This document shows positions 19,204-30,113 of a stretch of DNA of 64,000 bases, in pieces (position 1 is the stretch's first letter; the number at the start of each line of letters is the position of its first letter). Under the pieces are notes generated by a model. The model was not told the DNA's origin. It did not search any database and saw only the letters and a program-made list of their open reading frames with translations. The DNA comes from an uncultured Acidimicrobiia bacterium. GTDB taxonomy: Bacteria > Acidobacteriota > Terriglobia > Versatilivoradales > Versatilivoraceae. Made by a program: the position numbers and the translations under genes. Where the stretch lies: assembly GCA_963786955.1 (NCBI GenBank), contig CAWBAT010000008.1:512001-576000 (forward strand). The letters are read 5' to 3'.

Positions 19204-19308
19204 CTTGATCTCCTTTGCAATTTCTCAGCAGGGATTTCCTTTTTGTCGTTCCGGGGTGCTGGCAGTGTACGCTTTATCAAAAGGCGCGTCACCTGAGGGG
19301 AGGTAGTC

Positions 19309-20139
19309 TTAGTTCGTCAGAGTCAGCTTTTTGTGAAATTCTTTCTGCAATTCCGTTTCACGCTGCCGCCAAGGCTTCATCGTCTTCCGCAGCTCGAAGG
19401 CCCTCTGTGAGAGACAACTGCAATTTTGTGCCAGGACACCGAAAATCCGATCCGCGATAACGCGATGACCAAGGTTGTTCGGGTGCACGCCATTTTCAGG
19501 ATCGATCATCCAATGTGCCATGCCCTGACTGGCAAACACATCGGCGTACAACACGTCACATTCTTCGGCCATTCTCCTGAGGGCACAGTTGAACCCCATG
19601 AAAGTAGCCAGGTTCGCGCGGTCATAAGGGGGCCATCGATCGTAAGCGGTCATAAAGTATGCGTCTACTACGACTATAAGCGCACCGGTCTGTTCCTTAA
19701 TATCCAGAACAATTTGCTGTTCGTCGGCTAGAAACTGGGCCAATGGCATCCCGCCTCGGGCATCATTGAGGCCATAGGAAATCAAAGCCAGGTCCGGGCG
19801 ATAGGCGATGACATGTTCATAGTAACGTTCTATCGCGCTAGGTCCTCGGGAAGGGTTATATGCCGGGCTTCTCTGCGAAATGACATTGGCACCCATCCCG
19901 TTGTTGACCATCTTTACCGGTTCCGATTGTGACTCGTTAATCGCGTCAGCCAGGCGACTGACCCAACACAGATCCGGGCTCGTTGCATCCCCTCCAGCCG
20001 TGATGGCGTCTCCCACCGCTACCGCTACACGGAACGGCTGACTGCGATAGTCTTGTTTTTGAGGATGCACGAATGGTTTTGTGGGTCTGGGTATCGACGA
20101 AGAACCGCTCTGTGTCCTTTTGGGTTTCTCTCTCACCAA
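19309..20139 (-). CDS. SGNH/GDSL family protein (paralogue 2) with substituted catalytic residues
   Basis: Same blocks as the paralogues, but GDAIT (Ser->Ala) and ENGVH (Asp->Asn). Confidence 0.85.
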   Translation of the reverse strand: MVREKPKRTQSGSSSIPRPTKPFVHPQKQDYRSQPFRVAVAVGDAITAGGDATSPDLCWVSRLADAINESQSEPVKMVNNGMGANVISQRSPAYNPSRGPSAIERYYEHVIAYRPDLALISYGLNDARGGMPLAQFLADEQQIVLDIKEQTGALIVVVDAYFMTAYDRWPPYDRANLATFMGFNCALRRMAEECDVLYADVFASQGMAHWMIDPENGVHPNNLGHRVIADRIFGVLAQNCSCLSQRAFELRKTMKPWRQRETELQKEFHKKLTLTN

Positions 20140-20165
20140 TGCTCCATAGGCGATGGCACCGCTTT

Positions 20166-20942
20166 CTATTTTGCTGTTATGGTGCGGAACTCACGAACGA
20201 CACTCTGGGCCCCTTGACTGATCAGATCCAATTCGCTGACCGTTTCAAAAAAGGTGACACCCTTACTAAACCAGGCTCTCGCCGCGTCTGAGTTCGGAAC
20301 ATACATGCCGACAACCTTCTTGTACTTGCGGGCGGAAGTGATGACACGCTCCACGCCAGCGACTAGGTTCGGATTCTGAAAATTGCCCGCTTGCCCGAAA
20401 CTAACCGACAAGTCATACATCCCCAGGAAAACGATGTCCACATGCGGGTTCGAGAGAATCGTATCGGCATTTTCCACTCCACGACGAGTCTCGATGTGGG
20501 CCAAAATTATCGTCTCACGATTAGCCTCTTCGATAAACTCTGGCCCGTCCACATGGGGGTCGTAATCGCAATTGCCGAAGCATGGAGCTGCAGCCCGAAT
20601 TCCAATCGGCGGGAACTTCACGTAGGAGACAAGCCGCTCAATTTGCTCCTGGGTTTCCGTCCAGGGTAACTGGATTCCGGTTACACCACAATCCAGTAGT
20701 TTCGCGACGTGAGTCCGGGTGCACTCCGGAACCTTCGCAACAACTGGAAGTCCTTCGGACCGACACGACAGAACAAAGCTGGCGAGTTCCGCTTCGTTGA
20801 AGAAGCCATGTTCGTATTCTATATATACAAAGTCGCAGCCGCTGTACTTCCAAAGTTTTGCCAGCCATGGATGTGTCACGTGCTGGGTGGTCAGACCAAC
20901 AATGAGTTGTGACTGATGAAGCATGCTTTTCAGGGATTTCAT
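20166..20942 (-). CDS. HpcH/HpaI class II aldolase family protein
   Basis: DFVYIEYEHG, LLD.G..G, FPP.G.R, IET, G.YDLS motifs. Confidence 0.88.
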   Translation of the reverse strand: MKSLKSMLHQSQLIVGLTTQHVTHPWLAKLWKYSGCDFVYIEYEHGFFNEAELASFVLSCRSEGLPVVAKVPECTRTHVAKLLDCGVTGIQLPWTETQEQIERLVSYVKFPPIGIRAAAPCFGNCDYDPHVDGPEFIEEANRETIILAHIETRRGVENADTILSNPHVDIVFLGMYDLSVSFGQAGNFQNPNLVAGVERVITSARKYKKVVGMYVPNSDAARAWFSKGVTFFETVSELDLISQGAQSVVREFRTITAK

Positions 20943-21060
20943 GATCGGGAGAGCCTCCTAACTATAATCAATCCACAAGTACGTAAATCTGTTTGATTCC
21001 CTATCAAGCTGCTAGTCGGGCTCCCAAATCCCCCCGTTTGGTTATCACGACGCGCAATCT

Positions 21061-22020
21061 TCAGCTCTTTTTGATCGTCAGCAGCCTTTTCGGATTTTCG
21101 ACCATCATCTTTTTGATCGAGATTTCTGGAACTCCAGCCTGGCGGAGCATTGGCAGGAATGTCCCAAGCACAAAAGAAAATCCATTCCCACCCAGATAAT
21201 GGAGATGCTGAGTTTTGCAAACATCCTGTGAAAGTAATATTTGGTCAGCGTAGCCGCGATTCAGGAGTTCAAGAAGAATTCGGAGCGCGCGGTCATCAAG
21301 CTGAGGGGTCTTGTTCCCGAGAGTATCGAACTGGACATTTGCGCCACGTTTGAGGATTTCGAGATGATAGTCGAGAAAAAGGTTAAAAGGGTGGTCACAA
21401 TGACCAATGATAACGCGCCGGGGGTCGACTCCTTCGTCTTCGAAAATAGCCAATTCTGTTAAACCCACCGGCTTTCCGATCGAGTGGGTCGTCAGTGCCA
21501 GGCCCGTTACTAGATGGGCTCTCGCAGCCGCGCGGTGCACCCGCTCTTCCTGTGCTGAAACCCAAGACTTGTCTGTCCCGATCTCGCCGATGATTCCTGG
21601 TCTGATGCCGGTACTCCCCACCCCCTCGTTGATTTCCAGAATGATTTCATTGGCCAAGTTGTCAACGGTACGACGGTCGATGAGATCTTCGGCCGGATAG
21701 TAGGGCTCGCGGTACCAACCGCATCCCATCACAATATTGATGCCGGTCTGCTGGGACATCCGCCGGAGCCTTTCAGGGCTGCGACCAATCCCTCGAACGG
21801 TACAATCAACGATGCTCTGGCCGCCCAGTTTCTTAAACGCGAGTATCTCTTCCCGTAAGACCTCCTCGTCTTCCAATTGCCCGGCGTAATCGTTACGCCC
21901 GGAGATCTCCCATATTTGGATGTAAATATGTTCATGGGCTAGCGTGATTCCAAGCTGGTCAGGCTGGATAGGGCCTTCTACCGTTTGGATGACATTCTCG
22001 TGAGTAGGAGTAGATGACAT
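21061..22020 (-). CDS. Phosphotriesterase-homology (Php-like) amidohydrolase, possible lactonase
   Basis: G.TL.HEH, VDCT..GIGR, GIIGEIG, TH, GHCD, LLSQD metal ligands. Confidence 0.88.
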   Translation of the reverse strand: MSSTPTHENVIQTVEGPIQPDQLGITLAHEHIYIQIWEISGRNDYAGQLEDEEVLREEILAFKKLGGQSIVDCTVRGIGRSPERLRRMSQQTGINIVMGCGWYREPYYPAEDLIDRRTVDNLANEIILEINEGVGSTGIRPGIIGEIGTDKSWVSAQEERVHRAAARAHLVTGLALTTHSIGKPVGLTELAIFEDEGVDPRRVIIGHCDHPFNLFLDYHLEILKRGANVQFDTLGNKTPQLDDRALRILLELLNRGYADQILLSQDVCKTQHLHYLGGNGFSFVLGTFLPMLRQAGVPEISIKKMMVENPKRLLTIKKS

Positions 22021-22229
22021 TGGATACCTGTTGGCCTCTCCAGCTATACAGATTGCGCTTGTTCCACCGCTGAGGGACTAATCTTCAGCACGATTCACCG
22101 CTAACCCACCAGCTTTGGGGTTTCACCTCAGCTCAATTGAATTAAATGCTTTTGTCGATCGATCCGATTAAATCCGATTTGGAGTGAAACATTGTGCCGA
22201 TGTTCTTTTGCCTGTTCAATGAGTCCATT

Positions 22230-22334
22230 TAGTTTATACATGAAGTATCTTAAGAGTAAAAGCCTAAATATTGTCGATTTTATTGCTTGTTTTAAAAAAA
22301 AAGCTTGACAGGGTAAATAATCCTATCCTAGAGT
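22230..22334 (+). promoter_or_regulatory. Divergent promoter region: putative operator (22230-22247) and sigma70 promoter for the TonB receptor
   Basis: TAGTTTA-TACA-TGAAGTA; TTGACA(22305)-N18-TAGAGT. Confidence 0.5.
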
Positions 22335-22477
22335 CACTTTAGTTAACTTTTAAAACTATATAACTGACCTAGTGACGCCCAGTGGGTGCATTGCAACATA
22401 ACTAGGAAAAATGGCGCTGGAAGCAAGGTTGGTTCACTCACGCAAAACAAACTAAGCGGGAAGAGGAGGAACATTCA

Positions 22478-25400
22478 ATGAAACCTAAGACTCTATGCTT
22501 AAGAGCGTTCATCGGGTACTTGCTTTGCTATATGTCGCTGGCCGGGAATCTGCATTCGCAAGGATTAACTGCAACCCTCACGGGTCGAATTCTCGACCAG
22601 TCGGGCGGTTCAATCGCAGGAACTCGTATTGTGGCTACCCATGCGGATACTGGCTACACAAAAGAAGTCACGACAAGCGAAAGCGGCTCCTACAGTCTGA
22701 CTGCCTTACCCGTTGGAGTTTACTCAATTGAGGCAAGTATGAAGGGCTTCAAGACATTGAAGAAGACTCCTGTCACTCTGAACGCCAATCAACAGCTTGC
22801 TCTGGATTTTACGCTTTCTCCGGGCAGTGTTGAACAATCTATCGAGGTCAATTCCGATGTGCAGTATATCCAGACTCAAGATGCGACAGTCAACGCGAAG
22901 GTCTACATTGATCAGGCTCAAAACCTGCCTTTGAACAGCCGGAGCCCATTTGAACTGGCCCTCTTGAGCCCCTCGATTTCGGTTTCCAAGCAGCAGAGCG
23001 GCCCCGCCATGCAATTCAATATTAATGGCTCGAATGCAAACGGCTATAAGCTCAGTTTTGATGGGATGGAGGCCGGTATCGGTGGCGATGCGCAGTACTG
23101 GGCCGGTAACAACTTTAATTTGTCCATCACAAGCCTGGATGCCATCCAAGAGTACGACATTGCAACCAGTAACTACTCGGCGGATATCAAGGGCTCGAGC
23201 GGCTATGTGAATATTGTTTCAAAGACCGGGACAAACCAAATCCATGGCAGCTTCTATGACTTTTATCGCAACGGTGCGCTTGATGCACGCAACTTTTTTG
23301 AGGCAAAAGCAGGGAGCTTAAAACTCAATGATTTTGGCGGAACCATAGGGGGCCCCATCAAGAAAGACAAAATCTTCTACATGGTCAGCTACGAAGGCCA
23401 GCGAATCCATGTTCCATTCGCTGGATTTTCGCGGGTTCCGACTGCAGCTTTTCGGGCCATCGTCGATCCGCGCATGCAACCCTTCCTCAACCTGACTCCC
23501 CTTCCCACCGAGGCCATCCCTGGAGACCCTGTCATTGGGATTTGGAGAGGTAACCCTTTATCCATCGCTTCGCAAAACCTCGTGACCGGTCGAATGGATT
23601 TCATTTTCGGGCAGAAAGATCGGCTTTTTGTGCAGTACACCTTCAATGATGGAGATCTCTCAGGTGCGACTTTAGATCCACGCGTTTCTCAACAGAACGT
23701 TCAAACCATCTACCCAGGCTATGCCACTCTTCAGCCAGAAAGGCACCAGAGCGCTACATTAGGCTGGACTCGCACCTTTTCGCCTACATTCGTGAATGAC
23801 CTCAGGGTTGGAGTCAATCGGTTTCTGCAAGGACGAGTTAGGGGGCCAACCGACCCGGCCTATTTTGACGTACCCGTCATTTCCGTCCCCGGGCTGGTCA
23901 TCGGAGGGGGTGGAAATAAAAAGAAGCTTGGCAATACCCAGCCCCAGTTGTCTGACAAGGCTACTTGGGTCAAAGGGAGAAGCACGTTTTCGTTTGGAGG
24001 GAATTACGCTTTCCTAATGAGTGGGCAGAACTCATTCTCCGTAATGTCAATGGCATTTGTTAACGCTGCCGGTTTCGCTGCTGATAAGCCTAGCAGTGTT
24101 AGCAGTACGTATGGGACAAGCCTTACGCAACTGGGAGAACACCTTAGTTACAACCAAGTGGGGCTCTTCGTCCAGGAAGACTTCCGGTGGAAGCCCAACC
24201 TAACAGTGAACATTGGTCTTCGTTACGACAACTTTGGGGTGTTTAGCGACTCGACATGCAATGCGAAGAACGTGATCAGTACGCCTTTCGATCCATTTCG
24301 TCCGCCTTGTGATCAACTGTATGACGGGAACAACGACTTTGGACCGCGGTTTGGATTTGCTTGGACACCACTCTCTGGGAAACCGTTTGTCTTGCGGGGC
24401 GGATTTGGCATATTTTACGGGACACACGTAAGCGGCCAAATGGGCGACGTCCTCGGCATCAATAATTCCCTGCCGTTCTCGGCGACGGCAACCGATTTCC
24501 CAAATCTATCCTATCCGTTTTCTCCAGGGCTCTTTGCTAACGTCACGGCCAAACCGGGCCGGTTTGTTCTCAATCCCACCACACCGGATCTTTATTCGGA
24601 GCAATGGAACCTCACGGCCGAATACCAGTTCACTAATTCCATGATTTTCAGCTTGGCTTATGTGGGGAATCATGGATTACACGTCCCGGTGACTCAACGC
24701 CCGAACACATACTATCCTATCGTCGGATCGCGTCCGAGTACGAGTTTCGGTGATATCAGAATGGTAGCAAACGAAGGCTACATGTTTTACAACGGGTTGC
24801 AAGCTACTCTGAGACGCCGACTCTCTAATAATCTTGCTTTTGATGTGAACTACGCTTGGTCACATGCGACTGGTTTTACGAGCGGCAATCTGGATATCAG
24901 TGCTGCTGTTTCTTTCAGTGATGACCAAGTGCAGACCGTCCTGAACACAAACCTTTCGCGGGGGACTTTGCCTACCGATGTAACCCATAACTTTTCGGGT
25001 GATTTCATCTACCAACTGCCCAAACTAGCCAATTCAAGCAAGTGGGTCAGAGCTTTTCTCGGCGATTGGACTACGTCTGGGCTCATGAAGATATCGAGCG
25101 GGCTTCCCTTCAATCTTACTACTGGACTAGACGCCGGCGACCAACGTTTCACTCAAAGACCCAATATTGTTCCGGGCGTGTCCTTCACCAAATCTGGTGT
25201 TTCACCAGCCGATGGGATTCTCAACCGGGCGGCATTCACGGTACCCACATATGTTTATCCGACCTATGGACTGAAATTGGGAGACATGGCCAACAATAGT
25301 GTGAGAATGCCTGTCACTTTTTATGCTGATTGGATGGTCCAGAAGCGAGTGTTCACTACGGAAAAGATATGGCTCGACTTTCGTACCGAGTTCTTTAACG

Positions 25401-25519
25401 TATTTAACCACCCGGTCTTTGCTTTACCGGTGACCAGCATGGCGTCATCATCTTTTGGAAAGAGCTCGAGTGCTGACCCTGGGAGACAGATCCAGTTCAT
25501 GCTGAAGTTCAGCTTCTGA
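22478..25519 (+). CDS. TonB-dependent receptor with N-terminal carboxypeptidase-like domain (Acidobacteria type)
   Basis: Signal peptide, G.ILDQSG, LPLNSR, HGS.Y.F.RN.ALDARNFF, FGGTIGGPIKKDK, GLRYD, PRFGFAW, EFFNVFNH, terminal RQIQFMLKFSF. Confidence 0.95.
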   Translation: MKPKTLCLRAFIGYLLCYMSLAGNLHSQGLTATLTGRILDQSGGSIAGTRIVATHADTGYTKEVTTSESGSYSLTALPVGVYSIEASMKGFKTLKKTPVTLNANQQLALDFTLSPGSVEQSIEVNSDVQYIQTQDATVNAKVYIDQAQNLPLNSRSPFELALLSPSISVSKQQSGPAMQFNINGSNANGYKLSFDGMEAGIGGDAQYWAGNNFNLSITSLDAIQEYDIATSNYSADIKGSSGYVNIVSKTGTNQIHGSFYDFYRNGALDARNFFEAKAGSLKLNDFGGTIGGPIKKDKIFYMVSYEGQRIHVPFAGFSRVPTAAFRAIVDPRMQPFLNLTPLPTEAIPGDPVIGIWRGNPLSIASQNLVTGRMDFIFGQKDRLFVQYTFNDGDLSGATLDPRVSQQNVQTIYPGYATLQPERHQSATLGWTRTFSPTFVNDLRVGVNRFLQGRVRGPTDPAYFDVPVISVPGLVIGGGGNKKKLGNTQPQLSDKATWVKGRSTFSFGGNYAFLMSGQNSFSVMSMAFVNAAGFAADKPSSVSSTYGTSLTQLGEHLSYNQVGLFVQEDFRWKPNLTVNIGLRYDNFGVFSDSTCNAKNVISTPFDPFRPPCDQLYDGNNDFGPRFGFAWTPLSGKPFVLRGGFGIFYGTHVSGQMGDVLGINNSLPFSATATDFPNLSYPFSPGLFANVTAKPGRFVLNPTTPDLYSEQWNLTAEYQFTNSMIFSLAYVGNHGLHVPVTQRPNTYYPIVGSRPSTSFGDIRMVANEGYMFYNGLQATLRRRLSNNLAFDVNYAWSHATGFTSGNLDISAAVSFSDDQVQTVLNTNLSRGTLPTDVTHNFSGDFIYQLPKLANSSKWVRAFLGDWTTSGLMKISSGLPFNLTTGLDAGDQRFTQRPNIVPGVSFTKSGVSPADGILNRAAFTVPTYVYPTYGLKLGDMANNSVRMPVTFYADWMVQKRVFTTEKIWLDFRTEFFNVFNHPVFALPVTSMASSSFGKSSSADPGRQIQFMLKFSF

Positions 25520-25548
25520 GTCAAAAAGCCTCCGGCAAAGCGGGAGGC

Positions 25549-25817
25549 CTGGAGTTTGGACATTTGTGCAGGCCAGAGGCCCACACCACAACCTTGTGGT
25601 GCTGGCGTCCCCGCCTGCCCCCCAACGCTCTATGATTTCCGTCTTCGAGGGTAAAGTTGCAGGCCGGAGTCACCGACCCGGCGCTGGAGTTTGGACATTT
25701 GTGCGGCCAGAGGCCAACACCACAACATTGTGGGGCAGGCGTCCCCGCCTGCCCCCCAACGCTCTATAATTCCCGTCTTCACGGGTAAAGTTTCAGGCCG
25801 GAGTCACCGACCCGGCG
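25549..25817 (+). repeat. Tandem duplication of a ~135-bp REP/MITE-like unit
   Basis: Copies at 25549-25683 and 25684-25817. Each starts CTGGAGTTTGGACATTTGTGC and contains a GCAGGCG-TCCC-CGCCTGC-type palindrome. Confidence 0.9.
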
Positions 25818-26078
25818 TTAACGGCCACCATAATTGCGAATCGCAGCACTTAGCCTGAGCTATTGGCGCTAGATGACCGCGTGATATGGCTCGAAATTGA
25901 TAATAGATGCATCCCACCTTTGAGTTTCTTCCTGAGAGAATCGCTATGTGAAGCGGTTTAAATGCGGTCTTCTGCGTTGCCTTCGGGACTGGAGACAGCC
26001 TTGACACTCCCGAGCAAGTCTCGCATTGATTTACACTTTATTCACAACACAAAAAGATACACCGTCGGAAGTCAGAGC

Positions 26079-28305
26079 ATGAATCGTCGTAGCTTCTTGG
26101 ACAATGCGCTAGATCTGGCAAGATCTCTGGCCATCGCAAACATTATGCCTGCGGGCGTATTGGCGAAGACTCCGCCCATCACTTTGGCCTCAACGTCGCA
26201 GGGTGCGCCGGCGGAGGGTACGAAGCCAGCCCACCCAGTGGCCAGGCCAGGTCTACCGTCGCTCCTTGGTTGATATTCATGTACCGGACTGGGATCCAGT
26301 CTTTTTGAGTCATTTTGACGTTGTGGATTACGTTGGGACGATCGCACGGGCTGGCTTCCAGAGTTTGATGCAATACGCCATTTCTTGCGCAGGGCTCTGC
26401 CTGTGGCGTACGAAGATAGGCCAAATGCACGCGGGCATGAGGGGCCGGGACTACTTCGGAGAGGTCATGGATGAGTGCAAGCGTCATGGCCTTCACAGAG
26501 TGGCTTACTTCCACGTCGTCTACGATAACCTTGGATTTGAGAAACACCCTGACTGGAGATTCCAGCCGGCTGAAGGCCTTGATAAGATTCTGGCAGGACG
26601 CTATGGCTTTACCTGCATCAACAGCCCGGCCCGAGATTATTATCTTGCTTTAGCTCGCGAACTGGTCCGCAGTTATGATTTTGAGTGCATTTTTAATGAC
26701 ATGATCCAGTGGCCGGGGGTTTGCTATTGCCGGCATTGCACGGCGCGTTACTGGAAAGAAGAGAATTCCGAGCCCCCGCGAGTTGTGGATTGGGACGACC
26801 CCCAATGGAGAACATTCCAGGCCGCCCGGCAACGGTGGCTGCTCGAGTTTGCTCAGGCCTTTACCGATGCGGTAAAAAGCGTTCGTCCGATCGATGTTCA
26901 ATATCAGTGTGGCGCCGTCTTCGAGAAGTGGTGGTACGGTGTGCCGCTGGAGGTGGCGACGCAAACATGCGATTTTGTTGGCGCGCATTTGGCTAAAGGC
27001 CCGGACGAGTACTCGCTGGCCTGCAAGGCGCTCAATGCCTTGAGCCGAACTCGTCCATTCGAGTTTATGACCTCGGTAACCAACAACCTGCGCGACCATG
27101 TATCAGTGAAGCCGTTGGACAAGTTCCGAATTGAATCATTTGTCCCCACAATCCATTCTGGGGCGATGCTCCCGATCGACGCGATCAACCCCGATGGGAC
27201 TCTCAACCACATGGTGTACGAGTATCTTCGCAAGATCAATGAAGAGAGGGCTCCTTTTGAGCCATTCCTTGGCGGCAGTTTATTAGCGGATGTGGCGGTC
27301 TACTGCGACAAGGAATCGATGTACAACCCGGACGAAAAAGGCATACGGGTCGACCAGTTGAAGGAAATGGACAAGATGCCGCACATTGCAGGTGTTCGGG
27401 GGGTCGCTCGGATTCTGCGAGAAGCTCACATTCCCTATGGTGTTCTCACGAACGTTACCCTGGATCAACTGAATAGCTATCGGGCGGTCATTATGCCGAG
27501 TGTTCTCGAGTTGACGGCCGTGCAGGCCGACCAGTTCCGGGTCTTCGTTGAGCAGGGTGGGGTTCTGTTTGCGAGCGGGTCAACATCACTGGACCGGTTT
27601 GACAAATCGGGGCCTCGCTACCTGCTTGAAGATTTGTTTGGAGTGCGCTACTTGGGGAAGCTGGGCACACGCGTGACTTATTTAACAGCCAAGGACGAGG
27701 AAATGAAGAAGGTTATCTGGCCGCAGAACGAGATTATTTTCCGGGGACCCATGGTTAGGGCCGAAGTACTGCGTGATGCCAATGTTTTGGCAACCGTCAC
27801 GCTGCCATATGTTCCTCCGGAGTCTGGACACTCCATCGGGAGCCGCTTTGCCTCGATCCAGAGCGACCCTCCTGCGGAATTGCCCGGAACTGACCCGGGG
27901 CTGGTGATCACTTCGTTTGGGCGGGGGAAGGTCGTCTGGGTAGCCGCTTCGATTGAGTCTGGAACGAACGCTGTGAACGGCAGGCTTGTTATTTCGGTTT
28001 TGCGACGTGTTCTGCCAGCACCCTACTCCTTCGAGGTGGATACCCACCCGTCAGTTGAGATGACCCTGTACCACCAACCTGAGAATCGGAGGTTGCTGGC
28101 GGGACTATTGAATATGCAACGGGATCTGCCACCGATTCCGGTGGGGGCGGTGGTGAGGGTACAAGTGCCTGCCGACCGCCGAGCCACGGCTGTGCTACGG
28201 GTGCCAGATCGGAAGGCGCTGGCGTTTGAAAAGGCAGGACCCTACTTGCAATTTCGGCTCGAACCCTTCCCCGTCATTGCCATGGCGCTGGTCGAGTACC
28301 AATAG
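26079..28305 (+). CDS. Tat-exported GHL6/GH151-like glycoside hydrolase with GH42-type trimerisation domain (frameshift at ~26230)
   Basis: The MNRRSFL signal (ATG 26079) is in another frame. Removing one C from CCC 26230-26232 joins it to QWPGQVYRRSLVDIHVPDW. Motifs RDYFGE, CINSP, CYCRHC, VAVY and class-I-GAT-like domain. Confidence 0.7.
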
Positions 28306-28406
28306 CCGCCGCAATAATACCACCGAACTGGAAAGTCAGAGAAAAGAAGCCCAGGAATCCAAACGGAAAAAGCATTCGCTGAAGCACTCTGCTCAGAGGT
28401 CAAAGT

Positions 28407-30113
28407 ATGAATCGCCGTCACTTTATGGCTGGCGTTTCAGGTCTGGCCACTCAAATGGCTTGGGGATTTCAGACGGCGAGAGGCGACAACTCGATGACGC
28501 AGCGGTTGAAATCTCTACCCCCCAAGTACGGCCGTCTCAACAACGTGAATACCACCGACATCCTGGACGCTATTCGCCTGGGGTGCAATACGATGCAGAA
28601 CATTTTCAATGCCGATGACGACAACCTGCCATTCATGCTTGCACAGGTTCGGCCGGATGTCTCCCTCGCCTTCAGCGCCGGGCACAGCGATGCGCATCTT
28701 CCAGGTCGCCATTTGAACGCATTGCTCTACGCTGAAGCCGCTGCGGGCATTACTCTCAATGAAGAAGCGGTTGAAAGGCATCGACGGGCTGCGTTTCTCT
28801 CATTTAGCGGACCAGTGGCCTTGCCCCTGAATCGGACCTCTGTAGGCGGGCCGCGGATCAATTTTGCGGCGCATAACCTGCGCGAAGGGCTCCACGCCCT
28901 GTACCCATTAGTCAAATACCGCGACGACGAGAAGGCGCGACGGATCGCGGAAACTTGTATTGCAGCGATTTTCGATTTGTGGGATCCCACGCGTGGTTGG
29001 GATTCTGAAAAGTTGAGAAGGTATGGAATCATTCACATGGATCGGAATGCGAATTTTGTTCGAACGCTCCCCCGCATCCTCGGGCCCCTCGTCAAATACT
29101 ATCGCGCGACCGGCTATGGCCCTGCTTTGGAGTTAGCCGTCATCTTGAAAGACAAACTGCTGGCAGAACATTTCGCTGAAGATGGTGCATACAGCATCAC
29201 GGTTCAGGGCACCCACGGTCACTCAATAGCCTGTGTCTTGTCCTCTCTTGCCCAGATGGCAGAACTGACGCAAGATTTAGTTCTGCTCAACCGTGTTAAG
29301 AAGTTCTTTGACAACGGCATGTGGACACTCCGTGATCAAGTAGGCTGGGTTGTGGAAAAGACAGGGGACTCGGCCGTCCAGCGTCCGGATGTGGGTGAGG
29401 GTAATTCAAGTGGCGACTTGGTCGAAACGGCCTTGATTCTCGGGCGCCTCGGCTACTCGCAATATTTTGAGGATGCGGAACGGATTATTCGTTGTCATAT
29501 CCTGCCGTCGCAACTGCGGGACATCGGTTTCATTACAGCGCCGCCCAATCCCAGAAACGAAGACGGCAAACGCGATGTGGCTCGTCGTCTTCAAGGGGCC
29601 TGGGGCCACCCGGCGCCTTATGGGCACGAGCCTTTGGAACTCGAGGGATTCCCCGGAGTCCTATTCACCCTTGACATTGTCGGCGGTGTCGTTGCTTCGC
29701 TTTGCGAGGCATTTTGTAATGTGGCTACCTTCGACCTGACAGGGCATCACGTAAACCTGTTATTTGATTATGAAAATGCCAGGATCAAGGTCGAATCGAT
29801 TTACACTCATCCACATTTGCGGGTCACGTTGAAAAAGCCGGGGGCACTATGGATACGCATGCCATCGTGGGTGGAACCGCGGCGAGTGGTTGTTGAGGGG
29901 ACCACCGCTGTACCGCGTTTCACAGCATCGTACTTGCTGGTTAACGATCAACCCGTTGGGCACCCTGTGACCGTCAGATATGATCTGCCGGCCCGTACGA
30001 TTGTGCTTAAACACCGGACCCGCAATATACGGACACGACTGCGTGGCGATCAGGTTGCGGCGATGGATAATTTCGATGCGGATCTCACATTCTTCGATTC
30101 CTTAGAGAACTAA
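28407..30113 (+). CDS. Tat-exported GH127-like (alpha/alpha)6 protein lacking the canonical cysteines
   Basis: MNRRHFM signal; GR.L.AL, THGHS, EGNSSGD, Y.EDAER..R, C-terminal beta-domain VNLL...LWIRMPSW typical of the GH127/146 architecture. Confidence 0.55.
   Translation: MNRRHFMAGVSGLATQMAWGFQTARGDNSMTQRLKSLPPKYGRLNNVNTTDILDAIRLGCNTMQNIFNADDDNLPFMLAQVRPDVSLAFSAGHSDAHLPGRHLNALLYAEAAAGITLNEEAVERHRRAAFLSFSGPVALPLNRTSVGGPRINFAAHNLREGLHALYPLVKYRDDEKARRIAETCIAAIFDLWDPTRGWDSEKLRRYGIIHMDRNANFVRTLPRILGPLVKYYRATGYGPALELAVILKDKLLAEHFAEDGAYSITVQGTHGHSIACVLSSLAQMAELTQDLVLLNRVKKFFDNGMWTLRDQVGWVVEKTGDSAVQRPDVGEGNSSGDLVETALILGRLGYSQYFEDAERIIRCHILPSQLRDIGFITAPPNPRNEDGKRDVARRLQGAWGHPAPYGHEPLELEGFPGVLFTLDIVGGVVASLCEAFCNVATFDLTGHHVNLLFDYENARIKVESIYTHPHLRVTLKKPGALWIRMPSWVEPRRVVVEGTTAVPRFTASYLLVNDQPVGHPVTVRYDLPARTIVLKHRTRNIRTRLRGDQVAAMDNFDADLTFFDSLEN

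Noticed and set aside
25549-25817. CRISPR array
   Set aside because: Only two units, and the whole unit is duplicated, so there are no unique spacers.
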